From: Parcubacteria group bacterium
Lineage (GTDB): Bacteria; Patescibacteriota; Minisyncoccia; Moranbacterales; UBA2206
Length of the DNA: 64,000 nt
Reading direction: 5' to 3'
Assembly (NCBI GenBank): GCA_041661275.1
Contig: JBAZUU010000003.1
Span: 92,833-156,832, forward strand
The position numbers and the translations under genes were made by a program. The number at the start of each line of letters is the position of its first letter. Within the stretch, counting starts at the first letter, position 1. A model generated the notes under the pieces. The model worked only from the letters and a program-made list of their open reading frames with translations. It searched no databases and was not told the origin of the DNA. Below, one piece after another: positions 38,894 to 48,404 of the stretch.

Positions 38894-39979
38894 ATGAAAG
38901 AACTGCAAGATAAAATTTCTGAATTAAAAGAGAAATCCCAAGAAATTGGGAAGATTTTGAATTTGGAGGAAAAAAATAAAAAAATTGGAGAATTAGAAAA
39001 AAGATCTAGCGTCCAGAATTTTTGGGATGATCATGAAAAAGCGTCGCGTATAATGCAGGAGCTGGAAGAATTGAAAAAGGAAATCGGGGAAATAGGGGAT
39101 ATCAAGAAAAAGCTAGAGAGTCTGGAAGAAATGATTGAAATGACCGAAACTGCAAGCGACCAAAAGGAAATAGAACGGGAGATTGGGGAAATTGGGGATA
39201 TGTTGGGAAAATTAGAATTTAAAACACTTTTGGATGGTGAATATGATAGAAACGACGTTATTCTTTCTATATATTCCGGAGCGGGTGGGGTGGACGCGCA
39301 GGATTGGTCGGAAATGCTACTCAAGATGTATCTCAAATGGGCGGAAAATAACGGATATAGAGCGAAAATTCTCGATGAAACGCGCGGACAAGAAGCGGGG
39401 ATAAAAAACGCCACTCTTGAAATTTCTGGCGCATATGCTTATGGAAAACTAAAATCAGAATCGGGTGTGCATCGGCTTGTGCGGCTTTCTCCATATAATT
39501 CCGACAATTTGCGCCAGACTTCATTTGCCCTCGTTGAAATTATGCCCGTCATTGAAGATGTGAAGGAAGTAAAAATAAACGAAAGCGACATAAAACTAGA
39601 TACCTTTCGTTCGTCAGGTGCTGGCGGTCAAAGTGTTAATAAAACCTCCTCTGCTGTGCGGCTGACTCACATCCCGACCGGAACAGTCGTATCTTGTCAA
39701 AACGAAAGAAGCCAGATGCAAAACAGAGAACAGGCAATGAAAATTCTGAAAGCGAAACTCCATCAAAAATATCTGGAAGAAAAAGAGGCGGAGAAAAGAA
39801 AGCTGCGCGGTGAACAGATAAGCGCTGAATGGGGGAGTCAGATCAGGTCGTATGTCATACACCCGTATAAAATGGTCAAAGACCACAGAACGAAATATGA
39901 AACAGCCGACACTGAAAGTGTTTTTAATGGTAACCTCGGCGGATTTCAGGAAAGTTATTTGAAGTGGATAAAAAAATAG
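38894..39979 (+). CDS. prfB: Peptide chain release factor 2
   Basis: GGVDAQDW, GVHRLVRLSPY, GAGGQ, WGSQIRSY. Confidence 0.93.
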   Translation: MKELQDKISELKEKSQEIGKILNLEEKNKKIGELEKRSSVQNFWDDHEKASRIMQELEELKKEIGEIGDIKKKLESLEEMIEMTETASDQKEIEREIGEIGDMLGKLEFKTLLDGEYDRNDVILSIYSGAGGVDAQDWSEMLLKMYLKWAENNGYRAKILDETRGQEAGIKNATLEISGAYAYGKLKSESGVHRLVRLSPYNSDNLRQTSFALVEIMPVIEDVKEVKINESDIKLDTFRSSGAGGQSVNKTSSAVRLTHIPTGTVVSCQNERSQMQNREQAMKILKAKLHQKYLEEKEAEKRKLRGEQISAEWGSQIRSYVIHPYKMVKDHRTKYETADTESVFNGNLGGFQESYLKWIKK

Positions 39980-39993
39980 TGTATAATACTCTT

Positions 39994-40677
39994 ATGATTA
40001 GATTTGACCAAGTGACAAAAAAATTCAAAGACGATTCGCCAGCTCTGGAAGATATTAATCTGGAAATAAAAGAAGGGGAATTCGTTTCTATTGTCGGAGC
40101 ATCCGGCGCGGGAAAATCGACGCTTTTGAAGCTGATCTATGCCGAGGAAAAACCGACAATCGGGACGGTTTTTTTCAAAGATAAACCACTTGATTCCATC
40201 AAGCGTCGAAAAATGCCGTTTCATCGCAGAAATATTGGAACCGTTTTTCAAGATTTTAAACTCTTGCCCAAGAAAACAGTTTTTGAAAATGTGGCTTATG
40301 CCCTGGAAGCTTGTGGCGCTCCGAAAGCCGAGATTATGGAAGATGTGCCGCAGATATTGGATATTGTCGGTTTGGGAGAAAAGATGCATAAATTTCCGCG
40401 TGAACTTTCCGGAGGCGAACAGCAAAGGGTGGCTCTGGCTCGGGCGCTTATCCACAAGCCACTAGTCATTGTGGCCGATGAGCCGACGGGAAATCTCGAT
40501 CCGGTTTCCAGCGTAGAACTCGTGGAACTGCTTTTAAAAATCAATAATTTGGGAACGACAGTGCTTTTGGCTAGTCATGACAAAGATATTGTCAATAAAG
40601 CAGCCAAAAGAATGGTAATTTTGGAAAAGGGAAAAATTATCGGCGATGAAGCCATAGGGGAATATAAAATAAGTTGA
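39994..40677 (+). CDS. ftsE: Cell division ATP-binding protein FtsE
   Basis: GASGAGKST, VFQDFKLL, LSGGEQQR; adjacent to ftsX. Confidence 0.92.
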   Translation: MIRFDQVTKKFKDDSPALEDINLEIKEGEFVSIVGASGAGKSTLLKLIYAEEKPTIGTVFFKDKPLDSIKRRKMPFHRRNIGTVFQDFKLLPKKTVFENVAYALEACGAPKAEIMEDVPQILDIVGLGEKMHKFPRELSGGEQQRVALARALIHKPLVIVADEPTGNLDPVSSVELVELLLKINNLGTTVLLASHDKDIVNKAAKRMVILEKGKIIGDEAIGEYKIS

Positions 40678-40733
40678 CCTTTACACTAGAATTAGTATAT
40701 TAGTAATTGATTCGTAATTAGTAAAGAAACATC

Positions 40734-41642
40734 ATGTTTTTAGTCATAGGACGAACATTTAAGGAAGCGTTAAGTAATTTTTTTAGAAACGGTTGGCTGT
40801 CGCTGGCCGCGGTGACAGTTTTGATTTTGTCGCTGTATATTCTTAGTCTCATGTTTGTTGTCACTAAAACAGCCAATGGAATTTTGACGGATGTGGAGAA
40901 TAAGGTTAATGTCAGCGTCTATTTCAAATCCGACGCGACTCCCGAAAGGATGGAAGCGCTTCAAAATCAATTGGAAAAAAATGCTGATGTGGCGTCGGTG
41001 GATTTTGTTTCTCGTGAGAAGGCTCTAGAAAATTTCAAGAGAAATAACGCCAACGAACCTATCATTATAAAATCTCTGGAAGAGATAGGAGATAATCCGC
41101 TCCTGGCGTCACTGATAGTGAAAGCCAATAATCAGACGAAATACGACTCGATTGTCAGCGCTATTTCTGGTTCTGATTATAAAGATGATATCAGCCGGGT
41201 CAATTATGGTAAGAATAAAGAAATTATAGACCGACTAAACAAAATAATAACTGAAATAAAAAAATTCGGTCTGGGACTTGTCGTGCTCTTTTCGGTGATT
41301 TCTATTCTCATAGTTTTCAACACTATCCGTATTACCATCTACACACATAAAAACGAAATCGAAGTGATGCGCTTGGTCGGCGCTTCCAATACTTTCATTC
41401 GCCTGCCTTTCGTTTTTGAAGGAATTCTCTATGGTATCATCGCCACTCTTATTTCCACCGTTTTTGTTTTTGTGACCATATTTTTGGTCAATTCAAAAAT
41501 TTCCACCATTCTCACTTCTCAAAATCTTCTGTCTGTCTTTTATCATAATGTTTTATTTATCATAGGAGTCCAGCTGGCAGTCGGCATCATTTTGGGAGTT
41601 GTTAGTTCGATGATCGCAATCAGGAAATATTTGAAAATATAA
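40734..41642 (+). CDS. ftsX: Cell division permease FtsX
   Basis: RNGWLS, NPL, NTIRITI, EIEVMRLVGA, PFVFEG. Confidence 0.92.
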   Translation: MFLVIGRTFKEALSNFFRNGWLSLAAVTVLILSLYILSLMFVVTKTANGILTDVENKVNVSVYFKSDATPERMEALQNQLEKNADVASVDFVSREKALENFKRNNANEPIIIKSLEEIGDNPLLASLIVKANNQTKYDSIVSAISGSDYKDDISRVNYGKNKEIIDRLNKIITEIKKFGLGLVVLFSVISILIVFNTIRITIYTHKNEIEVMRLVGASNTFIRLPFVFEGILYGIIATLISTVFVFVTIFLVNSKISTILTSQNLLSVFYHNVLFIIGVQLAVGIILGVVSSMIAIRKYLKI

Positions 41643-41659
41643 AGCATACTATTTCTACC

Positions 41660-41687
41660 AAAAAAAGGCTCACATGAGCCTTTTTTT
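41660..41687. terminator. Bidirectional terminator-like hairpin between ftsX and tRNA-Gln
   Basis: aaaaaaaggctc-acat-gagccttttttt. Confidence 0.7.
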
Positions 41688-41693
41688 CGTGTG

Positions 41694-41765
41694 TTGGGGA
41701 GGAGGGATTCGAACCCCCGCATGCTAGGACCAGAACCTAGTGCCTTACCGCTTGGCTACTCCCCA
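41694..41765 (-). tRNA. tRNA-Gln (anticodon CTG)
   Basis: Acceptor tggggag/ctcccca, anticodon arm ctagg-ttCTGgt-cctag, ggttcgaatcc T-arm. Confidence 0.92.
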
Positions 41766-41950
41766 AAATTTCTATTTTATTAACATAATATAATGTAGCT
41801 TAAATTAACAATTTAATCAACATTAAAATCCCAAAGCTAAGCTTTGGGATTTTGGAAATAACTACGCTCCGCTGTTGTATTAACAAAAGGTACCTTAACA
41901 AGGCTCTTTTTTGGGTGTAGGTTTTTATTAAACATGGAGGGGGAAAGGAA

Positions 41951-42910
41951 ATGCGAGAAAGATTTGATTTTAAGGTTTGGTTTTCGAAGCATTTGGTTGA
42001 GGCCGGTATGAGCTTCTATGGGCTTTATTTAGTTGTTGATTTCGCCATGAATTACTTTTACAGCGGCGAGATGAATCGAGGAGTACTTAACTTCTATCTT
42101 TTTTCAGTATCAGGTAGAAAAGATTTAATCATGTCGTTTATTCTATTGATTGGCTTCGTAATTTCCAGCCGGTTTGTAAGGGAAGTCATCAAGGGGTGCA
42201 AACAGACAGAAGAAGAACAAAAAAAATATGCCGATAAAATTGAAAAGTTTGCTTATTCAGTTTGCCACGATCTGAAAAGTCCGGTTGTAGGGTTGTATGG
42301 ACTCGTCAGGCGTCTGCATGATAAGCACTCCGAAACCCTTGATGAAAAAGGAAAAATATACTGCGATCAAATAATGAGGGCTGCCGAACACATAGAAGCC
42401 CTGGTAAGAAACATAAACGAGTTTATAACCACACGAGAAGTTCCGATGAATTTACAGAAGTTGAACATAAGAGAAGTCATAGAGCTTGTCCGGGAAGAAT
42501 TCATTGTTCATAGCAATGCGGCCAGAAAAGTAGAGTGGCATATTCCGGAAAAAATTCCGGAGATGCGAGCCGATCGCACATCAATTCACCGGGTTTTGAG
42601 AAATCTCATGGATAATGCTTTGAAATACGGAGGAGAAGGCCTGAGCCGGATAATAATCGAATGTGAGGAAAGACAGGACTCCTATTTTTTCTCTTTTCAT
42701 GACGATGGAAAAGGAATCCATGAAGACGATCAAATAAAGGTATTTGAGCTGTTTCAAAGGCTCAAATCTTCAAAAGAAGTTGATGGCTCTGGCATGGGGC
42801 TGGCCATTGTTAAGGAAATAGTCGAAAGACATGGGGGTCGGATCTGGGTTGAGTCGGTTCCTGAAAAAGGAACCACATTTTTCTTTTCCATTTCCAAAAA
42901 AATAACATAA
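41951..42910 (+). CDS. Sensor histidine kinase (two TM, HisKA + HATPase_c)
   Basis: CHDLKSP, NLMDNALKY, DDGKGI, GSGMGLAIV. Confidence 0.92.
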   Translation: MRERFDFKVWFSKHLVEAGMSFYGLYLVVDFAMNYFYSGEMNRGVLNFYLFSVSGRKDLIMSFILLIGFVISSRFVREVIKGCKQTEEEQKKYADKIEKFAYSVCHDLKSPVVGLYGLVRRLHDKHSETLDEKGKIYCDQIMRAAEHIEALVRNINEFITTREVPMNLQKLNIREVIELVREEFIVHSNAARKVEWHIPEKIPEMRADRTSIHRVLRNLMDNALKYGGEGLSRIIIECEERQDSYFFSFHDDGKGIHEDDQIKVFELFQRLKSSKEVDGSGMGLAIVKEIVERHGGRIWVESVPEKGTTFFFSISKKIT

Positions 42911-43058
42911 ATTGCCAACGCGCGCAAAGAACTCCCGGAGCTTAGCTCTGGGAGTTTTCTTTTAAATAAATTGACTTTTTGACTAAGCTACTGTAAATTG
43001 CGGAAATGCTTATATTAACTACTCAAGGATAATTTTTGTGGTATAATATTATCAAGCT

Positions 43059-45128
43059 ATGAAAAAAATACTAATTTTTCCAATCAGCCTATATTTCTTT
43101 TTGGCTTTTTTTATTTCTCCAGTTGGGGCGGAAAAGATTGTCCCTGATGATGTTGAGCATGTCGATTCCACTTCAGTTACGATGAATATCAAATCCGATT
43201 CGACGATTGCTGTTACGGAAAAATTTGAATACGATTATGCCGGTCATGCCCGGCCGGGCGTAACCCGATATATCCCGATAACATACCGGGATCTGGACGG
43301 AAAAAAGATCTCGATTGACATTTCCGACGTTAATGTCACAGATGAAAACGAAAATCCGCTTTTTTTCAGTCAGGATACGGTAAAAGATGATAACAAGAAT
43401 AAATCATATCTGGCTATCACAATTATCGACGATCAAGCGACGGCGCCAGGGGCAAAATCCTGGTATTCTATCCATTATACAGTTTCGGGCGCTATAAGAT
43501 TCAAATCAAATGAAGATCAGCTTTTTTGGGATGCGACCGGCGACAGATGGTCGGTCTATGTGGCATATCCGGAGATAAAAATATATTTGCCACAAAAAAT
43601 TGATCGCAACAAAGTAACGAAGTCGTGCTTTATCGGACTCAAAGAAGCAACTATCGATTGCATCGACCGGATTGAAAATCGGAAAGATCCTGATGCCTAT
43701 TTTTCCTACAAAGGCACGGTGTCTTACGAGAGTATGACTACTCTCGTCAAATTTCCCAAAGGCGTTGTTCAAAAAACAACTTCAGCACAGCAAAGTTATT
43801 GGAGCGCTCTCAAAGATGACTATTGGAAATTGGCGGAAATCATACTCCTAACATTATGTTTATTCTCCACTGCCACTTTTTTTGTTACGCATTTTAAGAA
43901 AATAATACGATACGAGTGGCGAAAACGGGCGCGGGAAATTATATCTCGGTGGAAAGAAATAAGGATCGCTCATGCTCATAGAATCAGAAATAAAAGCCGG
44001 AAATGGTGGATAGGCGCTTTTACTGTCTTGGCTGTAGTTGTACTTAGCGGACTGATGGCTTTTTGGAAAATAGATAACACTTTGAATAAAATTTCCACCA
44101 AAGGCGAGTCTGTCTCGAGCATTGCTCAAGCCAGTCTTGGCGGAGGCGGACAAATAAAGGGCGAGAGTGATGGACGGATAAATCTACTGCTTCTCGGAAT
44201 GCTTGGCGCGGGTCATCCCGGTGGAGGACTCAATACTGATACGATTATGGTGGTGAGCGTTGAGCCGAAAAATAATCGAATGTCTATGATTTCTATCCCG
44301 CGGGATCTCTGGGTAACTGACCCGGGACGCGACAGTAAAAGCAAAATAAATGCTGTTTATGCTTACGGCGAAGAGAAAGGGACTGGTCGAGGAATAATAG
44401 ATATGGAAAATTTGATTGGAGACATAACCGGTCTTCAGATCCACTATACCGCCGTGGTGAGTACGCAGGCTTTTTCACGTCTGGTTGATACTTTGGGCGG
44501 AGTGGAAGTGAAACTCAAAGAACCTTTTTCCGAAAATATCCAATTCAATGATGTCAAGGTTTGCGATTCGGATACATACACTGTTCCAACCGGAGAAACT
44601 GAACAAAAGAAAAACGAGAAAGGAAAAGTAGTGGCTGAATACCCGCTTTGTAAAAATAAAACTCCGGAATGTGGCGAAAATTTCAGCCTCCCGGCCGGAA
44701 AAAATAACCTAACTGGCGCGCAAGCGCTTTGTTTTGTCCGGTCGCGATATGAGACCTCTGATTTTGAAAGGGCCAAGCGTCAACAGTTGATCATCGGACA
44801 GATCAAAGAAAAAGCGACGCAACTTGGTATTATGGATTTTTCCAAAGTCAATTCTATTTTGGATAATATGGGCGACAATGTCCGGACTGATATGCAGCTT
44901 TGGGAAATGAGGCGGCTTTTTGACATTTATAAAGGAATGGATAACCCAAAAGTGTATCAAAGGGTGCTTGAAGATTCCAAGGAGGGTCTGCTTTATTCAC
45001 CCGACAAATCACCGGAAACCGGATTTATTCTGCTTCCAAGAGGCGACAACTATGACAAGATCCGCGATTTGTTCAAAAATATTTTCTTCATGGCTCAAAC
45101 CCAGTCGGACATCAAGCCGAAAATATAA
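43059..45128 (+). CDS. DUF2207-like N-terminal domain fused to an LCP (LytR-CpsA-Psr) domain
   Basis: Signal peptide; G..R.IP..Y.V.GA..LFWDATG..W; then TM segments and NTDTIMV, SIPRDL, SKINA, RSR..SDFERAKRQQ. Confidence 0.75.
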   Translation: MKKILIFPISLYFFLAFFISPVGAEKIVPDDVEHVDSTSVTMNIKSDSTIAVTEKFEYDYAGHARPGVTRYIPITYRDLDGKKISIDISDVNVTDENENPLFFSQDTVKDDNKNKSYLAITIIDDQATAPGAKSWYSIHYTVSGAIRFKSNEDQLFWDATGDRWSVYVAYPEIKIYLPQKIDRNKVTKSCFIGLKEATIDCIDRIENRKDPDAYFSYKGTVSYESMTTLVKFPKGVVQKTTSAQQSYWSALKDDYWKLAEIILLTLCLFSTATFFVTHFKKIIRYEWRKRAREIISRWKEIRIAHAHRIRNKSRKWWIGAFTVLAVVVLSGLMAFWKIDNTLNKISTKGESVSSIAQASLGGGGQIKGESDGRINLLLLGMLGAGHPGGGLNTDTIMVVSVEPKNNRMSMISIPRDLWVTDPGRDSKSKINAVYAYGEEKGTGRGIIDMENLIGDITGLQIHYTAVVSTQAFSRLVDTLGGVEVKLKEPFSENIQFNDVKVCDSDTYTVPTGETEQKKNEKGKVVAEYPLCKNKTPECGENFSLPAGKNNLTGAQALCFVRSRYETSDFERAKRQQLIIGQIKEKATQLGIMDFSKVNSILDNMGDNVRTDMQLWEMRRLFDIYKGMDNPKVYQRVLEDSKEGLLYSPDKSPETGFILLPRGDNYDKIRDLFKNIFFMAQTQSDIKPKI

Positions 45129-45266
45129 TTCTTTATTTTTTATCAGTAATCCTAGAGCGAGGCTCTAGGATTTTTTTTAGTTGACTTTTCTAAGGCTTTT
45201 TGATAAATTGTTGATTAGTTACCTGGTGTTTCATTTCTGTTGACCTACAAATGGAGGGGATTAGGT

Positions 45267-45461
45267 ATGGCGGAAAAATTGTACATTGTTCGGGAAAATG
45301 GCTGCGTTGCCGATAAGCCTTGCTCTTGTGGGGGTATTTCGGATGTCGACAACGAAGAAGCTCTGGGTGTTTTGGGAATATCGCCGAATGAAGTATGTTT
45401 GAATTGCGGCGGCGACATTCAGTGCGCCTTGGCAACAAGGCTGATAGTTGAAAAAAAATAA
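45267..45461 (+). CDS. Small Cys-rich hypothetical protein
   Basis: 64 aa, GGAGGG RBS, six Cys. Confidence 0.5.
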   Translation: MAEKLYIVRENGCVADKPCSCGGISDVDNEEALGVLGISPNEVCLNCGGDIQCALATRLIVEKK

Positions 45462-45526
45462 CAGAAGACAACATGGATTACTAGATCCAGGGGAGGCCGA
45501 TGGCTTCCCTTTTATTATTGGCAATA

Positions 45527-45554
45527 TTGACAATATAAAAATGTAATATAGAAT
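45527..45554 (+). promoter_or_regulatory. Sigma70-type promoter of the hrcA operon
   Basis: TTGACA-16 nt-TAGAAT immediately before the CIRCE. Confidence 0.6.
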
Positions 45555-45559
45555 ATAAA

Positions 45560-45586
45560 TTAGCACTCGGACTTGACGAGTGCTAA
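45560..45586 (+). promoter_or_regulatory. CIRCE operator (HrcA site)
   Basis: Perfect TTAGCACTC-N9-GAGTGCTAA upstream of hrcA. Confidence 0.95.
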
Positions 45587-45605
45587 TAGCGATGCTAAGA
45601 TGAAG

Positions 45606-45722
45606 ATAGTTGATTGGAAAATAGAAAATAGTTCAGGAAATTGGAAAAAAGAAAATAGAATCTTATTTCTAATTTCTGTTTTCTTAAACTAATTTCCAAT
45701 TTCTATTCAACTAATTTCTATT
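45606..45722. repeat. GAAAATA/AATTTCT heptamer palindrome
   Basis: Repeated ggaaaatagaaaatag units versus ctaatttccaatttcta units. Confidence 0.65.
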
Positions 45723-45728
45723 ATTGTT

Positions 45729-46466
45729 ATGGAAGAGCGTCATAAAAAAATTCTATCAGCGATTATTGAAGAATATACTAATTTTGCTGTTCCGGTTGGT
45801 TCAAAAATTCTTGTTGAAAAATACGGTTTTGATTTGAGTCCGGCAACGATCAGAAATGATATGCAGGAGCTGGAAGAAAAAGGATTTCTTCATCAGCCGC
45901 ATATTTCCGCCGGAAGAATTCCGACTGACAAAGGCTATCGTTTTTTTGTGGAAGAGATAATGAAAGATCAAAAACTTTCCCCAAAAGATCAGAAAAAATT
46001 GCAAACAGAAGTGTTGAAACTAAAAGCGCAAAATAACCGACTTTCAAGGACTACCGCCAAGCTTCTCTCGTCCCTTTCGGGAAATCTGGCCATCACTGGT
46101 CAAGAAAATGATTTTTATGATTTTGGGATGAGCGAGCTTCTCTCAAAACCGGAATTTCAGGCTATCGATGAATTTTGCCGCGTGGCGGAAGTGCTGGATT
46201 ATATTGATGAAAATATTGATACGATTCTCGCCCAAGTCAAAGACGGTGAAACTAAGATTTTCATAGGCAAGGAAAATCCGATCAAAGAAATTTCCAACTG
46301 TTCGATGGTCGTCTCACCATATATGACAAAATCAGGTGAACGAGGAGTGTTGGCCATCATTGGTCCAAAGAGGATGAAATATGCCAAGAACAAATCACTT
46401 TTGGATTATGTCCGGAAACTGATCAGTCCAGCGGCTGTAATATTAATAATAGTAGTAAGTATTTAG
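45729..46466 (+). CDS. hrcA: Heat-inducible transcription repressor HrcA
   Basis: PVGSK, SPATIRNDM, QPHISAGRIPTDKGYR, IIGPKRMKY. Confidence 0.93.
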   Translation: MEERHKKILSAIIEEYTNFAVPVGSKILVEKYGFDLSPATIRNDMQELEEKGFLHQPHISAGRIPTDKGYRFFVEEIMKDQKLSPKDQKKLQTEVLKLKAQNNRLSRTTAKLLSSLSGNLAITGQENDFYDFGMSELLSKPEFQAIDEFCRVAEVLDYIDENIDTILAQVKDGETKIFIGKENPIKEISNCSMVVSPYMTKSGERGVLAIIGPKRMKYAKNKSLLDYVRKLISPAAVILIIVVSI

Positions 46467-46529
46467 TAGAAAGTATAAAGCGTAAAAAAAGAAGTAAGAA
46501 GTAAGAAGTAAGAAGTAAGAAAAATTGCT

Positions 46530-47399
46530 ATGGAAGATAAAGAAAACAGAAAATATCCGGAGCCGATTGTCGGCGCTTTGATAATGGACGATGAAGGAAA
46601 AATATTTTTGGCCAAAAGCCACAAGTGGAAGGGAAAATATACAATACCCGGAGGCCATGTTGAAATGTTAGAAAAAATAAAAGAAGCGGTTGAAAGAGAA
46701 GTTAAGGAAGAAACTAATTTGGATGTGGAAATGGTTGATTATATCGGAGCTGAGGAAAGTATAAATAACAAGGGTTTTCATGAGGAAAGACATTTTATTT
46801 TTATTGATATTCTATGCGTTCTCAAGGGAGGCAAAGATGACTTGAAGCTCAATGATGAGTTTGATGGGGAATTTGTTTGGATAGACCCCAAAAAAAGTGT
46901 GGAATTGGATTTAGCTGAAGGAGCTAAAAAAATAGTAGAAAATTATTTGAAATATAAAAAAAGAGAGGAATATCTTGATAGCTGGAAAAGATGCCAGGCG
47001 GATTTTGAAAATTACAAAAAGCGGCAAGCAGAGATGCTAAAGGATACGTATAAATATGCTAATCAGGGGTTGATACAGGAAGTCTTGCCGGTTTTGGATA
47101 ACTTTCACGCTTCCACCGAACACGTTCCATCTGACCAAAAAGATGAGCCTTGGGTGACGGGCATTATGCATATCCAAAAACAATTAGAAAAAGTGCTGGA
47201 AGATAATAATGTTAGTGAGATAAAAATAAAAAAGGGTGATAAATTTAATCCGGAAGTGATGGAAGCGATAAAACAAGAAACAAAGAACAATGAACAAGGA
47301 ACAGGAGAGGAATGTAAGAATATTGTGAAGCAAGTGGTGGCGCGAGGATATAAGATTGGCGAAAGAGTCATTAGGGCGGCGAGAGTAGTGGTGGAATAG
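46530..47399 (+). CDS. grpE: Nudix hydrolase-GrpE nucleotide exchange factor fusion
   Basis: Nudix box PGGHVE..E...AVEREVKEETNL, then KRCQADFENYKKR, LPVLDNF, FNP..MEA, GY...RVIRAARVVV. Confidence 0.88.
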   Translation: MEDKENRKYPEPIVGALIMDDEGKIFLAKSHKWKGKYTIPGGHVEMLEKIKEAVEREVKEETNLDVEMVDYIGAEESINNKGFHEERHFIFIDILCVLKGGKDDLKLNDEFDGEFVWIDPKKSVELDLAEGAKKIVENYLKYKKREEYLDSWKRCQADFENYKKRQAEMLKDTYKYANQGLIQEVLPVLDNFHASTEHVPSDQKDEPWVTGIMHIQKQLEKVLEDNNVSEIKIKKGDKFNPEVMEAIKQETKNNEQGTGEECKNIVKQVVARGYKIGERVIRAARVVVE

Positions 47400-47414
47400 A
47401 GTACATTGAAATTC

Positions 47415-47478
47415 ACCCCGTGGAGTAAATTTTGCTCCGCAAAATTATTTTTCTGTAGGAAAAATTACTCCACGGGGT
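47415..47478. repeat. CCCCGT...ACGGGG palindrome
   Basis: 14-bp IR accccgtggagtaa/ttactccacggggt; ends resemble the inserts at 1449 and 1499. Confidence 0.7.
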
Positions 47479-47686
47479 AAAAAAAACCGGCTGGGCGGAA
47501 ATCCGACCAACCGGAAGAGGGGGAATTGCAGGCGAGTTTGTTTACGCGTGCATCAGACAATGGTTAAGCTTCGGGGCAAAGGCCGCCCTGGCTAAGGTAG
47601 TTGGCGATTATGTCCGGATTATCGGTATCAAGCAATTTGGCTGTCTCGGCGACTGCTTCCGATCCGAACTGGCGCATAATGCGCAG

Positions 47687-47941
47687 CTATGCGAAGTCCC
47701 GACGCTTCGTCGGGGTTTGGGCACTGCCGCATAGCGGGAGTTCTGCGATGTGTCGCGAGCGATTGTGACGATAAATCCTGTTTATTTCATCGCCCAAATT
47801 CGCAGAGCTGCGCATTCTGCAAGATGGAGCGGAGCAAAGCGACGCGACATTTTGCAGAACTGATCTCATAGAGATCTTGTTGAAGAGGCGTCTCATTAAT
47901 TGTTCGTAAGTAAGGTCTTTTACTGCGATTTCTTCCATCAT
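47687..47941 (-). CDS. Hypothetical protein (possibly truncated)
   Basis: AAGGAG RBS; the frame stays open for about 40 codons past the TAG. Confidence 0.45.
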   Translation of the reverse strand: MMEEIAVKDLTYEQLMRRLFNKISMRSVLQNVASLCSAPSCRMRSSANLGDEINRIYRHNRSRHIAELPLCGSAQTPTKRRDFA

Positions 47942-47949
47942 TACTCCTT

Positions 47950-48192
47950 TCAATGTTTTTCTGTGGAAGCAAGATTATAAGCTGCTAAGCTCATACAGAC
48001 ATTGTCGAATTCTTCTGACTGGAATACTATCCCTTTAGCTTCAGATACTTGATATTCGCGAAGAGAATGTTCCAGTTGTTGGATGATTTCATGAAAAATT
48101 TTCATATTTTCCTTATCCCAAGGTCCGCCAAAGTAGAGATTCTCTAATTTCCTTAGGAGGTTCATCTCTTCCTGATGTTTAACGATAATCAT
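47950..48192 (-). CDS. Hypothetical protein
   Basis: GGAGG RBS; 80-aa ORF. Confidence 0.55.
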   Translation of the reverse strand: MIIVKHQEEMNLLRKLENLYFGGPWDKENMKIFHEIIQQLEHSLREYQVSEAKGIVFQSEEFDNVCMSLAAYNLASTEKH

Positions 48193-48404
48193 GCCCGACC
48201 TCCAATATAAGTTGATGTGGAAAAGAACAGTCAAAGCCGCAGACTATAAAATACTGTTAAATTGCTGCTTTGTCAAATAGTTATCCTTTTAGCTGCTAAT
48301 TATATTGGCAGTTGAAATAAATAACTAATGTAAATAATTTTCAAACCCCTCCTTTTGTTCCTCCCCTTAGAAAGGGGAGGAGGACAAGGTAGGGACAAAA
48401 AATA

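Noticed and set aside
41825-41853. Perfect 14-bp palindrome aaaatcccaaagct-a-agctttgggatttt as an operator
   Set aside because: Similar aaagct units occur at about 1665-1720, so it is more likely another repeat family; no cognate regulator identifiable
47565-47689. Stop-codon read-through or recoding of TAG in the minus-strand ORF
   Set aside because: Many clear genes here end in TAG; a premature stop or chance open frame is simpler
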